NCBI GenBank assembly: GCA_038087875.1
Contig: CM075993.1
Span: 6,822,001-6,886,000, forward strand
Source of the DNA: Malacoraja senta
Taxonomy: Eukaryota
DNA length: 64,000 bases
Direction: 5' to 3'
The notes below the pieces were generated by a model. That model ran no database searches. It was given only the letters and a program-made list of their open reading frames with translations, and was not told the origin of the DNA. This document shows, piece after piece, positions 13,243 through 24,200 of this stretch. A program made the position numbers and the translations under genes. How positions within the stretch are numbered: the stretch's first letter is position 1; each line of letters opens with the position of its first letter.

Positions 13243-14622
13243 TAAGTCACTGCATTAATAACTGAGGGCCATGAACTGATCCCTGGGATAATCTATTAGT
13301 TGCATCCTCCAACCTGAAAACGACTCCATCTATTCCACACCTCTCTACTTTCTAAGCGTCAACCAGTTTTCAATGTTATCCCATTCGGTTGCTGTCCCTT
13401 AAAACCTTTCCTATCCATGTATCTGTCCAAATGTCTCTTAAACGCACACATTGGTAACTGAGAACTATTCCAATGTCCGTCTGCGGTCGGTAGGTCTAAA
13501 TCCTGAGTCACCCTCCTCAGCTGCATCGTTTAGTGTAGTTTGTGGAGATGACGTCACCACAAGGACCGCATCAGTTTCAGAGGATAGATACAACATGCTG
13601 GAGTAACTCAGCGGGACAGCCAGCATCTCTGGAGAGAAGGAATGGGTGACGTTTCGGGTCGAGACCCTTCTTCGGACTGAGAGTTTGGGGAGAGGGAGAC
13701 ACAGAGATAAGGAAAGGTACGGCGTCAAAACGATACCTCAATGGGGATGGGGATCAAGGGAAATGTAGAGTAGATCGTTGTTATCTGGGGGAAGGTGACA
13801 ATGAAGTACACAAAGATAAAAGTTGACAATGAGGCAAAAGGGTCGTGACCCGAAACATCACCCATTCCTTCTCCCCAGAGATGCTGCCTGACCCACTCAG
13901 TTACTCCAGCATTTTGTGCCTATCTTCGATGTAAACCAGCATCTGCAGTTCCTTCCCACACATCAGTTTAAAAGGGTCGTCACCACAATATTCACACAAT
14001 GCATCTAAAGAATTGAAGGAACTCAGCGAGTCAGGCAGCGTCTCTGGAGAATGTGGATCAGTCACGTTTCGACTTGAGACCGTTCTTCGGGGGGGGAGGG
14101 GAAGGGGGGGAGGGTTTTGATGGTTTGATGTTTTTGAGGCCAGAGATTTAAACTTTGGACTTTATTTTGGACTTTGGAGATACAGCACGGAAACGCCCTT
14201 CAGCCCACTGTGTCTGAGCCGACCAGCAATCCCAGTTCACTACCCTACACAATAGGGACAACTTATCAATTTTACCAAAGCCAATTAACCTGCAAACCTC
14301 TACGTCTTAGGAATGTGGGAGGAAACTGGAGCACCCGGAGAAAACCCACGTGGTCCCGGGGAGAACATACAAACTCCATACAGACAACACCCGTAGTCAG
14401 GAGCAAACCAGGGTCTGTAAGCATTGTAAGACAGTAGCTCTGTCACTGCACCACCCTGGAAAACCAGAAGGTGTGTGACAAAAGGATTGAGGGGTTGCAA
14501 ATTGTGAAGCCAGAGGAAGGAATGTAGGATGAGGGGGTGGGAGAAATAGGTGTCAAGGGGGAGGGGCATGGATGGGGGAGAAAGGGGTAAGTCACCTGAA
14601 CTGGAGAATTCACCGTTTGAAG

Positions 14623-15003
14623 CAAAGATCCTATAGCGAGCAAGATAGCCCACTCGACGTAGTACGGTCATGGGCAGATTCATGGGTAATTTAAGGCCCC
14701 ATTCCGTAACCGGCTTCCGTCTCCACACCAAAGATCCCATAGCGGAGCAAAGATACCAATGCGGAGACGGAAGCCGGTTACGGAAACATCCTCGTAAAAC
14801 TAAAAGTTATTTGGTAAAAATCTTCTCCTCATTTTCAGAATTATAATTTATTAACACAAACTGTCCCCCCGCAACGTTGATTACACTGCGAGTCGGGTCG
14901 GGTCGGGTTACTGAAATGGATGAAAAAAAGGCCCAAGTTCCGCTCCGTTGCGTACTACACGTCAGCCCATTGCATTTAGCAGGAGTGGTCTATAGGATCT
15001 TTG
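14623..15003. mobile_element. Putative TIR element (possibly hAT)
   Basis: 14-bp perfect inverted termini CAAAGATCCTATAG/CTATAGGATCTTTG; flanks GTTTGAAG/GTTTAAAC match at 6 of 8 positions. Confidence 0.55.
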
Positions 15004-15301
15004 GTTTAAACATCAGACAAAGTGCAGTGTGCTGACATGATTTCCGGGCACATTGTTGGGTCTTATTGACGTCTGAATCTGAAGGTCCTGGGCTGAAGAA
15101 TGACTCCACTGCACCGACCTTAAACCCTGCAATGGGGGGAACGTTGGACTGCTGGGGCTGCCCACTTATAGGGGTTAAAGCAAACACCAGCGAGGGGAGG
15201 TGCCCACTTGATAACCCCAATAACAAACTTACATCTACATGTTTAGATTTTTTTTGTGTGCTTGTTCACATGTAGGTAGTTGATTATTACACAAGGAGTT
15301 A

Positions 15302-15519
15302 AGGGCCAGTCCCACTTTCACAACCTAATTCACGACCTCTGCCGAGTTTGCCCTTGACTCATACTCGCAGCATGGTCGTCACGAGGTCGTAGATAGGTCG
15401 TGATGCTAGTCGTACGTACTCGTGGCATCAAGTAGGTCGGGGCGTTTTTTCTAGCCTGATGAAAAATGTCCACGAGTAAAAAAGGTAGTGAATTAGGTCG
15501 TGCAAGTGGGACAGGCCCT
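15302..15519. mobile_element. PIF/Harbinger-like MITE (short form)
   Basis: AGGGCCAGTCCCACTT...AAGTGGGACAGGCCCT; TSD TTA. Confidence 0.85.
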
Positions 15520-15826
15520 TTAGTTATTGTCCTTCACATAAGTTTGTATAACCAGTTTAGATAGTACTCTGGCGTTGGGCTTGGTTTTCTGGGTTGAGTG
15601 CTTATCCTGGTGTCATAGCACAAGTACTTTGTATTTTAATTGTAATTTTTAATCCCGTGGTGTAGTTTGCAAACATTCTCCTGACCAATATTTATTCCCA
15701 AGGGAACAATGTTGGCCCCACTTGCAAAGCCTGCATCCAAAAATCACGGAAAGAATCTGGTGACTTTATTGAACGAGTTTGTGTATTTGGAACTTCAGAG
15801 AAGCCTTTGCTGTCTGCATCAAGGGG

Positions 15827-16090
15827 TGGGGTTGCCAACTGTCCCGTATTAGCTGGGACATCCCGTATTTTGGGTTAAATTGGTTTGTCCCGTACGGGAC
15901 TGCCCTTGTCCTGTATTTGACTGCTACTACTCGGGTCGAGGGGACTGTCGGGTCAGAGTGCTGCGTCCGGCCCCGCCTCACCGACGTAGCGCAGCCCATG
16001 GAGTGCAGCAGCAGCAGTGCCTCGCCCATGGCCCCGTCGGTCAGTCAGCAGCCCGGCCAGCTGTCCGACCTTCGGACCTTCGCTTACCCG
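15827..16090. mobile_element. Truncated copy of the hAT-like MITE
   Basis: Collinear with 6803-7070, then breaks into a Penelope-like repeat. Confidence 0.75.
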
Positions 16091-17375
16091 GGCCAAGGTC
16101 CGGGCCAAGGACCTTTCTTCAAACTGAAGATGGGTCTCGACCCGAAAAGTCAGCCATTCCTTCTCTCCAGAGACGCTGCCTGTCCCGCTGAGTTACTCCA
16201 GCATTTTGTGTCTATCTTCGGTGTAAACCAGCATCTGCAGTTCCTTCCGTCAACAAAGCAGTTTTGCCTTCTCTCAGTTTTCTTTGTTTTGACTTATCCA
16301 GACCTCTCTAAATATCCCATCTGGCCTGATATTACTGAAACGTTCCTGCAAACATCCTGCCAGAAACCAGTATTGCCCAAGAATAACAGGAACCCCTTTG
16401 TTAACCTTTGACCGCTTCCTATATTTATGAGAAAACTGGCAGTGTTTTTTCCTGCAGAGACCCTGTTTCTTAGAAACCTAGTTCGCTGAAAATAGTTTTC
16501 CATTTGACATCTGTTCACTGCCAACATTTTTTATTTCACTATTGGCCATGAACTGAGTATACTCGGAGGTGGCACTGAACAGGTTCAAAGTAATCAAAAT
16601 GTGTCGGAAAGAACTGCAGATGCTAGTTTAAATCGAAGATAGACATATAAATGCTGGAGTAACTCAGCGGGACAGGCAGCATTTGTGGAGAGAAGGAATG
16701 GGTGACATTTCGGCTCGCGACCCTTCTTCAGACTGCAAACCTACAAACCTCGCTCTCCCTCTGACTTCGAGCTGACCAGCTCTCTTCTCTCTTCGGGTGA
16801 GTGTCCTGCCACCTCAGCAAGAGCTCAACTTGAGCCCACGAGGCAGCAGCCTCACAGTTGCAACAATGTTTGTGTTTGAGGACTAAACGTGCACGTATAG
16901 CAAGTCAAGGCAGGTTTATTTGTCACATACACATACAAGATGTGCAGTGAAATGAAAAGTGGCAACGCCTGCGGATTGTGCAAAAACTACACAACAGAAC
17001 AGAACAGAATCAGTATTTACATGTTAGAAAACCCCCCCAGCAAATTTAAAAGAGACAACACAACAGTAATTAGTCCCTGGTGAGATAAGAGTTTATAGTC
17101 CTGATGGCCTGTGGGAAGAAACTCCATCTCATCCTCTCTGTTTTCACAGCGTGACAGCCAAGGCGTTTGCCTGACCGTAGCAGCTGGAACAGTCCGTTGC
17201 TGGGGTGGAAGGGGTCCCCCATAATGTTGCCGGCTCTGGATCCAACCTATAATGCCTGAATAAAGAAACCGTTTATTCACAACGTTTGGTGCCTCTACAC
17301 TAGCATAACTTAGCTTGAGGGTAAGATCACCCCTCATCCTCCTGCGCTCCAGGGAAAAGAGTCGCAGCCTGCTTA

Positions 17376-17902
17376 AGGGGCTGTCCCACTTGGGTGACCT
17401 GATCCGCGAGTTCTGGCGAGTTTGCCCTCAACTCGTACTCGCAGCATGGTCGACACGAGGTCGTAGGAGGTCTTTGTAACTCTCCTTCATGCCTGAGAGT
17501 GGTCTCCGCGTACTCGAGGCCTCAGCTAGGTCGCGGCGTATTTTTTTACGTTGAAAAATGCCCGCGAGTAAAAAAAGGTCGCCATGGAAAAAATCAATAC
17601 TTTTTTCCTCGTAGATTTAGTCGTAGTAGGTCGTAGTAGGTCGGCATGTTAGTCGTAGGTAGTCGAGGGTAGTCGAAAGTAGTCGTAGATAGTCTTCATC
17701 ATAGTCAAAGGGAGGTCGAAGGAGATCAAAGGAGGTCGTCTTCACTCTCCACTATTCGGTGTCCAATTTTCCCGAAATTAGTCGTAGCTAGTCGAAGCTA
17801 GTCTTCAACATAGTCGAAGGAGGTCTTCAACATGACATTTTTTCAAACTCTCCTAAACCCTTCTAAACTCGCCAATTAGGTTGCCCAAGTGGGACAGCCC
17901 CT
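17376..17902. mobile_element. PIF/Harbinger-like MITE (long form) inserted in a CR1 fragment
   Basis: AGGGGCTGTCCCACTTGGG...CCCAAGTGGGACAGCCCCT; TSD TTA. Confidence 0.87.
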
Positions 17903-18139
17903 TTAACCTCTCCCTATAGAAGGTGATTGAGTTTCCTGGTGGTGTCACTTTGTCAATGCAGGCGTTGGTGCATGTTTTTAACTAGAAGGTGTAAATGCCA
18001 GTGATTGATATGGATGACCTTGAGTGTTTCAGGTTGGGTCAGATTGTTGTGACCCATTGTAATCCCCACATCACCCTGACAGCGCTTGCTGCTGCTCTTT
18101 GATGGTCTTCCTCTGAGGTTCTTTCTCTGTTGGTTACAG

Positions 18140-18275
18140 ATCGCCGGCGCCACCCAGTCGGTGCTTCTCATTGACGCTGAGAAGAGCGGAGTTTATGTGT
18201 GCCGTGTGAATGACGAACAAAACCAATGCGTGTTCAGCAACTGGGCAAAGGTCAAAGTTCATTTTATCAAATCTG
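18140..18275 (+). CDS. MALT1-like: Paracaspase exon A, C-terminal half of Ig1 (IAGATQSVLLIDAEKSGVYVCRVNDEQNQCVFSNWAKVKVHFIKS), phase 0 to 1
   Basis: Acceptor ttacag|, donor G|gtaaac, 136 nt. GVYVCRVN...FSNW resembles MALT1 GFYVCRVN...FSQW. Confidence 0.9.
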
Positions 18276-21200
18276 GTAAACAGTTTTTTTTAAATAATTG
18301 GTTCCCATCGAACTTAATGTTTAGTTCTGTTTTAGTTAAGTTTAGAGATACAGCAGAGAAACAGGTCCTTCGGCCCACCGAGTCTGTGCCGACCAGCTAT
18401 CCCCGCTCACCTACACTATCCTACACACACTGGGGGCAATGTATAATCATACCAAGCCAATTAACCTACAAGCCTGCACGTCTTTGGAGGAAACCCGAGC
18501 TTCTGTCCGGTTTCTAATTGGTGAGCTGGGTGGGGAGCTGTTTGCCAATGGGATAATGTATGTTGCCAATTGTCCTGCTGAGTTACTCCAGCTTTTTGTG
18601 TCTATCTTCAGTTTCAACCAACATCTACAGTTGGTTCCTCCACAGTACTATTTATACGATGCTTAATTCTCCAGCCCGCTGCCTCGAATGCTGCTGGCCG
18701 AGGGCAAACATGGGACATTTGCTAGGACGTGTCAGCGTTGAATCCCCAACTTTGATCCAGCTGGTCGCTCCTTGTCCCAGATCAGTCTTGAATCTCCTCC
18801 TGCCTCTTGGTGTTTCCTTGTCCACGATGCTTAACTCTGGCCTTGGCATCTCATTCTCCCTTTCCTTCCTTCCTGCGTAGGCACCACATCAACGATCTGT
18901 TATTTTTTAGCAAATGACACCTCAGATCACGGTTGTGTCCCAGAAAAATGGGGTCCAATTAGTGTGTCTGATGGTGTGTACGCAGCCCAGATCATGACAC
19001 TAACTAACCTCCCTTCTGAAGAAGGGTCACGACCCGAAACGTCGCCCATTCCTTTTCTCCAGAGATGCTGTCTGTCTGTCCGCTGAGTTACTCCAGCATT
19101 TTGTGTCTATCTTCCCTTCCCTTGCCTCTATTTATACCTCATGCTGCATCGGCAAGGCCAGCAGCATAATCAAGGATGAGTCGCACCCTGGCCATTCCCT
19201 CTTCTCCCCTCTCCCAATCAGGCAAACGGTAGAGATGTGTGAAAATGCACACCTCCAGATTCAGGGACAGATTCTTCCCAGCTGTTATCAGGCAACTGAA
19301 TCATCCTACCACAACTAGAGAGCAGCGCTGAACTACTATCTACCACATTGGTGACTCGTACTATTCTTGATTGTACTTCACTAGTTTTACCTTGCATTAC
19401 ACATTATTCCCTTATCATGTATCTATACACTATAAGTGGCTCGATTGTCTTTCCGCTGGCTGGTTAGCATGCAGCAAATGCTTTTCACTGTACCAATAAA
19501 CTAAACTAGATATAGCCCTTCTCCTGTCTCCCATTCTAATGAGCAAGAAGGAACTGCAGGTGCTGGTTTACACCGAAGATAGACATAAAATGCTGGAGTA
19601 ACTCAGCGGGTCACGCAGCATCTCTGGGGAAAATAAATAGATGACGTTTCGGGTCGAGACCCATCATCAGACTTGGAGTCTGCCTGACCCGCTGAGTTAC
19701 TCCAGCATTTTGTGTCTATCACCCATTCTAATGGCATTATTTTAAATTACGTACAGGATATATTAGTGACCAGCATGTTCATTTTGCCACTGAAGAGCAA
19801 TAAATCTTTCCCATTCCCTTTATCCCCCCCCCCCCCCCCCAAAGCCTGCAATTTATTTTCCTTTTTGTTCGAAGAAGGGTGCTGACCTAAAACATCACCT
19901 ATCTATTCCCTGCACAGATGCTGCCTGACCTGCTGAGTTATTCCAGGGTTTTGTGTTTTGCTCAATATTCCAGCAGTTCCCTTTATCTCCATTCGCTTTC
20001 TTAGTTTAGCTTAGAGATACAGCACGGAAACAGGCCCTTCGGCCCACGAGCCCACGCCAACTAGTGATCCCCACGCATTAACACTATCCTACACACACTA
20101 GGGACAATTTACAATTTTACCAAGCCAACTAGCCCACAAACCTGTACGTCTTTGGAGTGTGGGAGGAAACCGGAGCACCCTGAGAAAACCCACGCAGGTC
20201 ACGGGGAGAACGTACAAATTCCGTGCAGACAGCAACCATAGGCAGGATTGAACCAGGGTCTCTGTAAGGCAGCAGCTCTACCACTCCGAGTTGGGCCGAA
20301 GGGCAGGTTTCCACATTCTGTGATTATGTGACACTTCTGAACCACAGGTGGGGTTTCCTTACAGCTGAGCATAGACACACAAAGAGCAGACATGCAAATA
20401 TGAAATGGTGACTTAAGTGGCTAGTTTTGCTGCATTACATTGACTCACCAATTTCACATCAAAGTATTAAAAGCCGGAAGAAGCCCTGCTGATTATTTAT
20501 GTCTGTATTGCAAACACAGCTATCAACTTCTGAACTCTGAACTCCGTGTCCCTTAGCAGCTGCCTCGTTGGGTCGTGACCCGAAACATCACCCATTCCTT
20601 CTCTGCAGAGTGGCTCGCCGATCATTTCGCTGAACTCCTCTACATCGGCGAGACCAAGTGCAGGCTCTGCGATCGTTTCGCTCAACACCTCCGTTCAGTC
20701 TACCTAAACCTACCTGATCTCCTGGTTGCTCAGCACTTTAACTCCCCCTCCCATTCCCACACTGACCTTTCTGTCTTGGGCCTCCTTCATTGTCAGAATG
20801 AGGCCCAGCGCAAATTGGAGGAACAGTACCTCATATTTCGCTTGGGTAGTTTACACCCCAGCGGAATGAACATTGACTTCTCTAACTTCAAGTAACCCTT
20901 GCTTTCCTTCTCTCTCCATCCCCTCCCTCTTCCCAGTTCTCCCACTAGTCTTACTGTCTCTGTCCCGCCCCCTCCCCTGGCATCAGTCTGAAGAATGGTC
21001 TCGACCCGAAACGTCACCCATTCCTTCTTTCCAGAGATGCTGTCTGTCCCGCTGAGTTACTCCAGCATTTTATATCTCTTAGATGGGGTATGTTGGTCGG
21101 TGTGGGCAAGTTGGACCAAAGGGCCTGTTTCTACGTTGTATGACTAACACTGTGTGACAGCGTTTTGTGTCTATCCTTTTAGTTCAGTTGCTTGCTCAAA

Positions 21201-24200
21201 AAAAGTCATTCTATGAATTAAACATTTTAGATAAATGAATAAAAATGAAGACTATGCAGTAACATTAAGGTATTTCCAAAAGAATTCAAAGCCATTATGA
21301 GCCTCTCTGCACTAAAATCCAGTGTTTTCCAAAATATTCTTATTTTAATTTATTTTCCTGCTTATTTTCAAACACAGTTTTTGCTTTGGTTGATCAGATC
21401 CAAAAGTTCTGTGGAATGTGTAAGAAAGAACTGCAGATGCTGGTTAAAACCGAAGGTAGACACAAAATGCTGGAGCAACTCAGCGGGTGAGCGAGTAAAG
21501 GGCCTGTCCCACTTTCACGACCTAATTCACGACCTCTGCCGAGTTTGCCGCAGCATGGTCGCCACGAGGTCTTAGGAGGTCGTAGGTAGGTCGTAGCAGG
21601 CCGTGATGCTGGTCGTAGGTACTCGTGGCATCAAGTAGGTCGGGGCGTTTTTTCTAGCCTGATGAAAAATGTCCACAAGTAAAAAAGGTCGTGAACTAGG
21701 TCGTGAAAGTGGGACAGGTCCTTAATTCAGTTCTGTGGAATGCCTGGTTTAATTGTCATTTAATTCCGTTTGTATACTGCTGGAAGCCATGGATTTATCT
21801 GCCTTCACTCCCACATCCACTCCCAGGCACTGTAACAGATGCACAATGCCACATACTACATACCAGCAGCTATAACCCTGACAGGCAACACTTGGCACTC
21901 CCGTTATTAGATCTTATCAGCATTAACAATACGATACAATACAACTTTATTTATCACAGGAGGGAAATTGATCTGGCAACAGTCATAAAACACAAGATAC
22001 ATGAAACATGAAATTAAAATGACCAGTGGAAAGTCCAGGATTGGGGATGTCCAAAGATTGGGGAGGGGGGAGGGGGGGGGTTAGGAGTCAGTCTACCCCA
22101 CGACAGAAGGGGGAGGAGTTGTACAGTTTGATAGCCACAGGGAAGAAGGATCTCCTGTGGCGTTCTGTGCTGCATCTTGGTGGAACCAGTCTGTTGGTGA
22201 AGGTGCTCCTCAGGTTGACCAGTGTGTCACGGAGGGGGTGAGCTGTATTGTCCAGGATGCTCCGCAGTTTTTGAGGAGCATCCTCCCCTCCAAGACCAAC
22301 CTCCCGTGAATCCAACTCCGCCCCCACCCCCAGGACGGAGCCAGCCTTCCTGATGAATTTGTTGATCCTATTGGCGTCCACGGCCTTCGCCCTGCTGTCC
22401 CGGCACACGGCAGCGAAGAAGACGGCACTGGCTACCACCGACTGGTAGAACATCTGCAGCATCTTACTGCAGATGTTAAAGTAACGGAGCCTTCTCAAAA
22501 AGTACAGCCGCTCTGTCCCTTCTTGTGCAGGGCCTCAGTGTTCCTGGACCAGCCTTGTTTACTGTCCAGGTACACTCCAAGGTATTTGTACCCCCTGGTA
22601 AACTACACATCCACACCATTGATGGAGACACTTTAGTATAGTTTAGAGATGATAGCGGGGAAACAGGCCCTTCAGCCCACCGAGTCCGCACCGAACAGCG
22701 ATCCACACACATTAACACCACCCTACACACACTAGGGACAATTTGACATTGCTACCAAGCCAATTAACCTGCAAACCTGTACGTCTTTGGGGTGTGGTAG
22801 GGAACCAAAGATCTCGGAAAAAACTCACGCAGGTCACAGGGAGAACGTACAAACTCTGTGCAGACAGCACCCATGGTCAGGATCGAACCAGGGTCTCTGG
22901 CGCTGTAAGGCAGCAACTCTAGTTGAGGCAAGTAACAAATATGTATTGAAGGGGAAACTTGGTACGCATCTAATGGTAAGATAATATAATTGTATCGCCT
23001 TGAGGCTGAATCCTTGCAACTGAAATACTTTGCCTCTGCTACAAATACTGTATTGTACTTTGCTTTGACATACTCTACTGTACATTAATGGCAGGGCTAC
23101 CTCAGAACTGGCAAGGAGAGCTGGTGATTGGACTGCAGCCTGAACCCAGGAGGGTCAAAGTTGGTCAGAGAGCATCGCTGAAGTGTGTTGTGTTTGGAAT
23201 CCCCGCTCCCTTGTACACCAGTGGTACAAAAATGGCATGCAGTTACCTCATCAAACCAAACGAGAATTGACAGTAAGTTGACTGTAAATATATTTTCTTC
23301 CTTGGTTAAACGATCGAGCGTGCAAGAATAAATGCTTCATCTGAATGCAGTTCCACTAAATGGGCCGAGATCATGGTTTGTGATTACCGGTTGATTAGGC
23401 TGAAGCAGGTCCTGTGAGCACATTTGGGCCCCATGTCTGAGGAAGGATGCACTGGCTCTGGAGCGGGTCCAGAGGAGGTTTGAAGCCCTGTCCCACTGTA
23501 CGAGTTCATTCAAAGAGTTCTCCCGAGTTTGCCCTGATTCGAACTCGGAGATTTATGGTAATGGCCACTCGTCGGTACTCGGGGCTCTCGTGGACATTTT
23601 TCAACATGTTGAAAAATCTTCACGAGTCTTCCCGTGCTTACTGCCATCAGCGAGTCTTCCCAGGTACCTGCCGTTAGCATTATGAGCCGCTAAGAGACGT
23701 CCCCGAGGCTCCGACGTACCCGCTAATGTTCATTCTACGTGCTTACCACGAGTTTGATTTTTTTTAAAACTCGGGAGAGCTCTTGGATGAACTCGTACAG
23801 TGGGACAGGGCTATCACAAGATGATCCCAGGAATGAGTGGGTTCGCATATGATGAGTGCTCGACAGCACAGCACTGAACTCGCTGGAGTTTAGAAGGTTG
23901 AGGTGGACCTCATTGAAACTTACAGATAATGAAGGGCATTGACAGAGTGGATGTGGAAAGGATGTTTCCACTGGTGGGAGAGTCTAGGACCAGTGGTCAT
24001 AGCCTCAGAATTAAAGGGTGCTCTTTTAGAAAGGAGGTGAGGAGGAACTTCTTTAGTCAAAGGGTAGTTAATCTGTGGAACTCATTGCCACAGAGGGCTG
24101 TGGAGACCAACTTAGTAGATATTTTTAAGGCAGAGATAGACAAATTCTTGATTAGAACGGGTGTCAAGGGGTATGGGGAGAAGGCAAGAAAATGGGATTA

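Noticed and set aside
15779..16411. 210-aa ORF (and the related 6856-7359 ORF)
   Set aside because: Open frame through a GC-rich hAT-like MITE and a Penelope repeat.
17620..17830. CRISPR-like or satellite array
   Set aside because: These are short degenerate motifs inside a TIR-bounded MITE, with no repeat-spacer structure and in a eukaryotic context.
1..18139. Death-domain and first Ig1 exons
   Set aside because: No segment with C.A.G.P...YQWF was found (LNPES at about 13496 was examined and dismissed). They probably lie upstream of the window.
20575..20895. Host GIY-YIG nuclease gene or autonomous Penelope element
   Set aside because: Only the endonuclease C-terminus is present, with no GIY half-motif and no reverse transcriptase; it is a truncated copy.
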